Below are positions 57,201-60,167 of a stretch of 60,167 nt of DNA, piece after piece (position 1 is the stretch's first letter; each line of letters begins with the position of its first letter). The stretch is from the IMG/VR virus record IMGVR_UViG_3300017783_000017, positions 1 to 60,167 of that record; one strand, given 5' to 3'. This stretch comes from a virus (taxonomy: Duplodnaviria; Caudoviricetes). A model generated the notes under the pieces. The model was not told the origin of the DNA. It did not search any database and was given only the letters and a program-made list of their open reading frames with translations. Position numbers and translations under genes: made by a program.

Positions 57201-60023
57201 GTTCAAGATAGTTTTGTTGAAGCATATGCTGGCGATGTTGTTGAATTATATTGTTCTTTGGGGTTAAGTGAACCAACAAATGATATTAGTCCTCGTAATA
57301 CTTCTGTGACATATAGTGCATTGGCAACTATTAGAGTTGCATTTCCGGCAGCACACGGTTTGGTACCGGGTGACACATTTATTGTTGCTACAGAATCAGA
57401 TGACGGTTCAAACAATCACGGTTTAGCAGACGGATCATTCTTTGCTACAAATATTCCAGAAATTAATCAATTAGAATTCCAAGCCAGAGCGGCTGGCGCA
57501 ATTGATACTTCGGCAACGCCTATATTAGGTGTTGTTTATCCAAGACCAGATTCGTTCTTTATACACAGACCATTTGATGGCGGTGTACAATTAGGAACAG
57601 GTGGTCCACAACACGGTGCTCAAGCAATACGTCAAAGTAAAAAGTATATTAGATACCAGTCAGGTAAAGGTATTATGTACACAACTGGTGCTCTATTTGC
57701 TCCAAGTTATGACTTACGTAGTGTAGAAGCGGAAGATACTCCAATTGGTAGCTTAATAACAATTATAACAGACGATAACGATCATGGATGTCAAGTAGGC
57801 GGAGTAATTCGTTTGTTAGGTATTGAAATCGCAGGTTTCAATAGTGGTCCTGAAACAGCAGTACCTCCACGCTTTGATTACGAAGTAGTACAAGTAGTAG
57901 ACGAAAGAACACTCAAAGTTAGAGCACAAAGAATATTAGGTGATACTTCAGCTACCTTAGGCTTTAACGCACAAATGAGTGTTGTAGAATGGCATGGTGC
58001 AACTGTGCGTTCAGGAATATTTGATGACCAAAACGGAATTTTTTGGGAATATGATGGAACACAGTTGAGTGTTGTACAACGTACAAGTACAAAACAAATT
58101 ACAGGAACAGTTGATATTGCTGTAGATACAAATAATATTACAGGTGCAAATACCAAATTCACAGATCAATTAAAAGCAGGCGACAGGGTTGTTATAAAAG
58201 GAATGACGCATGTCGTAACGCATGTACAAAGCGATACAGCATGTACAGTAGCACCTGACTGGCGCGGAGTAATAGATTGTTCTGCATCTAAAATGATGCT
58301 TATTTCAGATAAAAAAGTAGAGCAAAAAGACTTTAATATGGATAGAATGGACGGCACTGGTCCAAGCGGTTATAACTTTGATTATGCTAAGATGCAGATG
58401 ATTGGAATACAATTTAGTTGGTATGGTGCTGGTTTCATTGACTATATGGTACGTGGTGCAGATGGTAACTTTATATTTGCACATAGAATGCGTAATTCAA
58501 ACATTAACACAGAAGCGTTTATGCGTTCAGGAAACTTACCTGTTAGGTACGAAGTTGCTAACGAAGGACCTCCAGGCAAACTTGCAGAAGCTATGACAGA
58601 TGTGCAAACGTCTTTGGTTTTAAGAGATAGTAGTTTCTTTCCAAATGCTGGTACAGTATATATTGACAACGAAATTATAGAGTTTACAGCAAACGATCAA
58701 TCAACCAATACTTTATCTGGATTAACTCGTGGGGCAAACTTTAGCAATTTCCAAGCAGGCGCAACAAGAACATATAGTGCAGGAGCTGCCGCTGTTCATG
58801 CTAATAAAACTGGTGTTGTGCTAATTAGTAATACAGTTACACCGCTGATTAGTCACTGGGGTTCTGCGTTTATTACAGACGGCATGTTTGATGAAGATAG
58901 AGGATATATCTTCTCATACGCAGAAACAGGTATCCAAGTAAGTACAACAAGACAAACTGCATTTTTGATTAGACTTGCACCAAGTGTTTCAAACGCTATT
59001 GTTGGAGACTTAGGTGAAAGAGAACTACTTAACAGAGCTCAGTTGTTGCTACAAGGTTTAGAGATTACATCAGAAGCAGGTAGTGACGATAAAGGTATTG
59101 TTGTTGAAGGTATTCTAAATCCACAGAACTATCCTGTAAACCCAGCAGATATTGGTTGGACAGGATTAGCAGGGGTTGCACAAGGTGGACAGCCGAGTTT
59201 TGCACAGATTGCTTCAGGTGGTAGTGTTGTTTGGTCAACTGGCGAGGCAGCGACTACCTCAAATATAAACAGTATTGCACAAGTTAGCACACAAATGGAT
59301 AGTGGATTATATACGAGTAGAAGAAATAATCGATTAATTTATATAAATGGTTCTGATTACAGAACAACATTTGGTGGCGTAGACTTAACACCAGTTCTTG
59401 GTAAAGTTATTACAGGCGCTAATATAGGATCTAATGTTACTATTACAGGCGGCTATATATCCAACAGCGGTAGCTATGGTTACTTTAGAATAAGCAGTGG
59501 ACCAACCTCAAATATTAATGGGAATCAATCAGATTATTTTACAATTCTTTTCAACGAAGCTCTTGTTAACAGAAACTTTGCATATTTGGACCAAGGCCAG
59601 TTCCAAGCATCAGGCGCTAAGGTAGGTACAGCGGTTACAACAGGCGGAGGTAGTGTTACATTTCCTTCACAGACATATATTAACGATATTGAATTAGTAA
59701 CATGGGCTGGAAATTCATTTTATCAAATTGATTTTAACAACTCATTTACTGGTACATTAGCTCTAAGCTCTGGTGTTATACAGTTTGAATTTGTACAACC
59801 ACCGTATGCACAACCGGGCGAAACAATCTTTGCATTTATTGCTACACCAGGAGAACGTGCAACAACTGACTTTAAAGAACTAAAAGAACTTACTAACACA
59901 CCATTAGGTGGTAGAGGAACGTATCCAAACGGTCCTGATGTGTTAGGTATTAATGTTTATAAAGTTGGTGGCGCCGCTATTGAAGCTAATATTGTTCTTA
60001 GATGGGGTGAAGCGCAGGCTTAA
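54216..60023 (+). CDS. Giant virion structural protein with five tandem beta repeats
   Basis: 1935 aa. DADFEYGLQPTKW and IRQSKKYIRYQSGKG motifs; five F.I....Y......G..Y...I.G..L.G...ND repeats at about 55960-57200. Confidence 0.7.
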   Translation: MAKTLIQDYKFKPGLGALENLYPNAYDLLSNNKEFIQKESAAWIALQVSQGATGFVGYTYNTEKCERDVGYNVDAWLKCLRYGGNKPLYDIVKYYWDGDTPQVDGDRQPEILTYSFINSLITSFILTNTAYGSINGSVTQTIDATKTSESTAITTMTTLITQTSSVIANGLSAFGTITDTGLGYIKFMGNHTLADILLVTNTTKNEIIYNFASQTTGGKALVKTDTFGYKDEDFAKYTQKTDQITTLEFNYSTSTHSATDELQVFIEKTENGNSQVITRPFDFGTDAIERLRVAQPLSMLDADFEYGLQPTKWAAIATLRGYPSVYELAGTDTPVQSVTTDASAGSSGIGASLITVTTTAAHGFEVGQAITIKALENSVAGAARAEGSFIITTVPSTITFQFYAKSKVGSSNGEVLSTTYTQLREANFYTGATISSDPTFTVASNGYSGTIFPELDNPTGSTLITFDGFSPAIGAPLIGTGLVTGTQVTNITDISNGGGRYMTVSVVGDYSTGDNVITLEDATGVVDNLGLDRGDGTATFIQSVDFGATDTITLTSSVQGNIIGNKTTYTSVSGDNVNSNGLFAEFDISRSNEVYTVDAVSRGGENYNEGDRLRISGSQLGGTTPANDLILVVTETFSDGGVLTVDVEGTAYDGEGTFNALQPIVNGGTGFGCSFDIAYTNNAYAVTLDLPGSGYTLNDRLLVNGPILGGDTTNNLIITVTGVGASGEITTITSAGTAPDGSASYNNPAQTYSGSGVDATFNISRTGTTYTATILTAGTAYVSTETIVIDGALLDGVSSTNDCTITIDNVGGAGEITLISVSGTAVNTGSNPDITPSNLVGNGGTFNITSSGGTYNVTIDNGGVDYGPSQTFTILGNLLSGETPTHDATITINTADASGTITGVNISGTANGDTASYTSVTTEIQQPAGTNALFNVLRDTEDSSAFYNTTIASGGADYAIGNTIKIEGDSLGGVAPLNDLTLQVTGVDESGAITSVQDSFVEAYAGDVVELYCSLGLSEPTNDISPRNTSVTYSALATIRVAFPAAHGLVPGDTFIVATESDDGSNNHGLADGSFFATNIPEINQLEFQARAAGAIDTSATPILGVVYPRPDSFFIHRPFDGGVQLGTGGPQHGAQAIRQSKKYIRYQSGKGIMYTTGALFAPSYDLRSVEAEDTPIGSLITIITDDNDHGCQVGGVIRLLGIEIAGFNSGPETAVPPRFDYEVVQVVDERTLKVRAQRILGDTSATLGFNAQMSVVEWHGATVRSGIFDDQNGIFWEYDGTQLSVVQRTSTKQITGTVDIAVDTNNITGANTKFTDQLKAGDRVVIKGMTHVVTHVQSDTACTVAPDWRGVIDCSASKMMLISDKKVEQKDFNMDRMDGTGPSGYNFDYAKMQMIGIQFSWYGAGFIDYMVRGADGNFIFAHRMRNSNINTEAFMRSGNLPVRYEVANEGPPGKLAEAMTDVQTSLVLRDSSFFPNAGTVYIDNEIIEFTANDQSTNTLSGLTRGANFSNFQAGATRTYSAGAAAVHANKTGVVLISNTVTPLISHWGSAFITDGMFDEDRGYIFSYAETGIQVSTTRQTAFLIRLAPSVSNAIVGDLGERELLNRAQLLLQGLEITSEAGSDDKGIVVEGILNPQNYPVNPADIGWTGLAGVAQGGQPSFAQIASGGSVVWSTGEAATTSNINSIAQVSTQMDSGLYTSRRNNRLIYINGSDYRTTFGGVDLTPVLGKVITGANIGSNVTITGGYISNSGSYGYFRISSGPTSNINGNQSDYFTILFNEALVNRNFAYLDQGQFQASGAKVGTAVTTGGGSVTFPSQTYINDIELVTWAGNSFYQIDFNNSFTGTLALSSGVIQFEFVQPPYAQPGETIFAFIATPGERATTDFKELKELTNTPLGGRGTYPNGPDVLGINVYKVGGAAIEANIVLRWGEAQA

Positions 60024-60167
60024 TCTTTACTGTCTAAGTATTTTACAAAGTCAGCTAAGTCGTCAAACACAAGCGTTACTTTTTTAAGTGGTCTATATGT
60101 GAATCTTTTGTTTAAAAGCTCTTCAGTTTCTTTACCATGTCCTGTTCGAACTAAGATAGGTTTAGCA
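60020..60167 (-). CDS. gmhB: C-terminal fragment of a HAD-IIIA phosphatase (GmhB-like heptose bisphosphate phosphatase)
   Basis: The minus strand reads AKPILVRTGHGKETEE...VFDDLADFVKYLDSKD*. LV.TG.G and F.DL..F are typical of the GmhB C-terminus. Truncated by the window edge. Confidence 0.55.
   Translation of the reverse strand, partial: AKPILVRTGHGKETEELLNKRFTYRPLKKVTLVFDDLADFVKYLDSKD

Noticed and set aside
1-60167. Alternative genetic code, introns or inteins in core genes
   Set aside because: Portal, protease, capsid and the giant genes are uninterrupted and of expected size in the standard bacterial code, and TAA, TAG and TGA all serve as stops.

Overview
This window is part of a large T4-like (Tevenvirinae/Kyanoviridae-style) tailed phage genome, AT-rich and probably marine. 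It has recurrent T4-type late promoters (NATAAATA). From left to right it contains: the 3' part of a structured non-coding region; two likely head-internal proteins; baseplate hub genes; a tape-measure-like gene; and the head module (portal, core, protease, scaffold, major capsid). Next comes an RNA island with a glnA-type glutamine riboswitch, a 32-codon ORF and a ~220-nt manA-like RNA with its own promoter. A ~9.7-kb accessory module follows, then ~30 kb of paralogous giant virion/fibre genes, three Cys-rich paralogs and a glycan-modification cluster. The accessory module (14807-24473) is the main discovery. It encodes a stand-alone Fis/bEBP-type HTH, CsgF, CsgG, two curlin-repeat secreted proteins, a FecR-domain protein, small membrane/Cys proteins, a CHASE2 class III cyclase and two GFPI-motif membrane proteins. 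It is bracketed by an identical inverted 19-bp promoter/leader and carries a perfect TGTT-N8-AACA (CRP/Clr-like) palindrome. It looks like a phage-encoded curli-type secretion plus trans-envelope cAMP signalling system. All calls come from motif recognition by eye; no database searches or folding programs were run.
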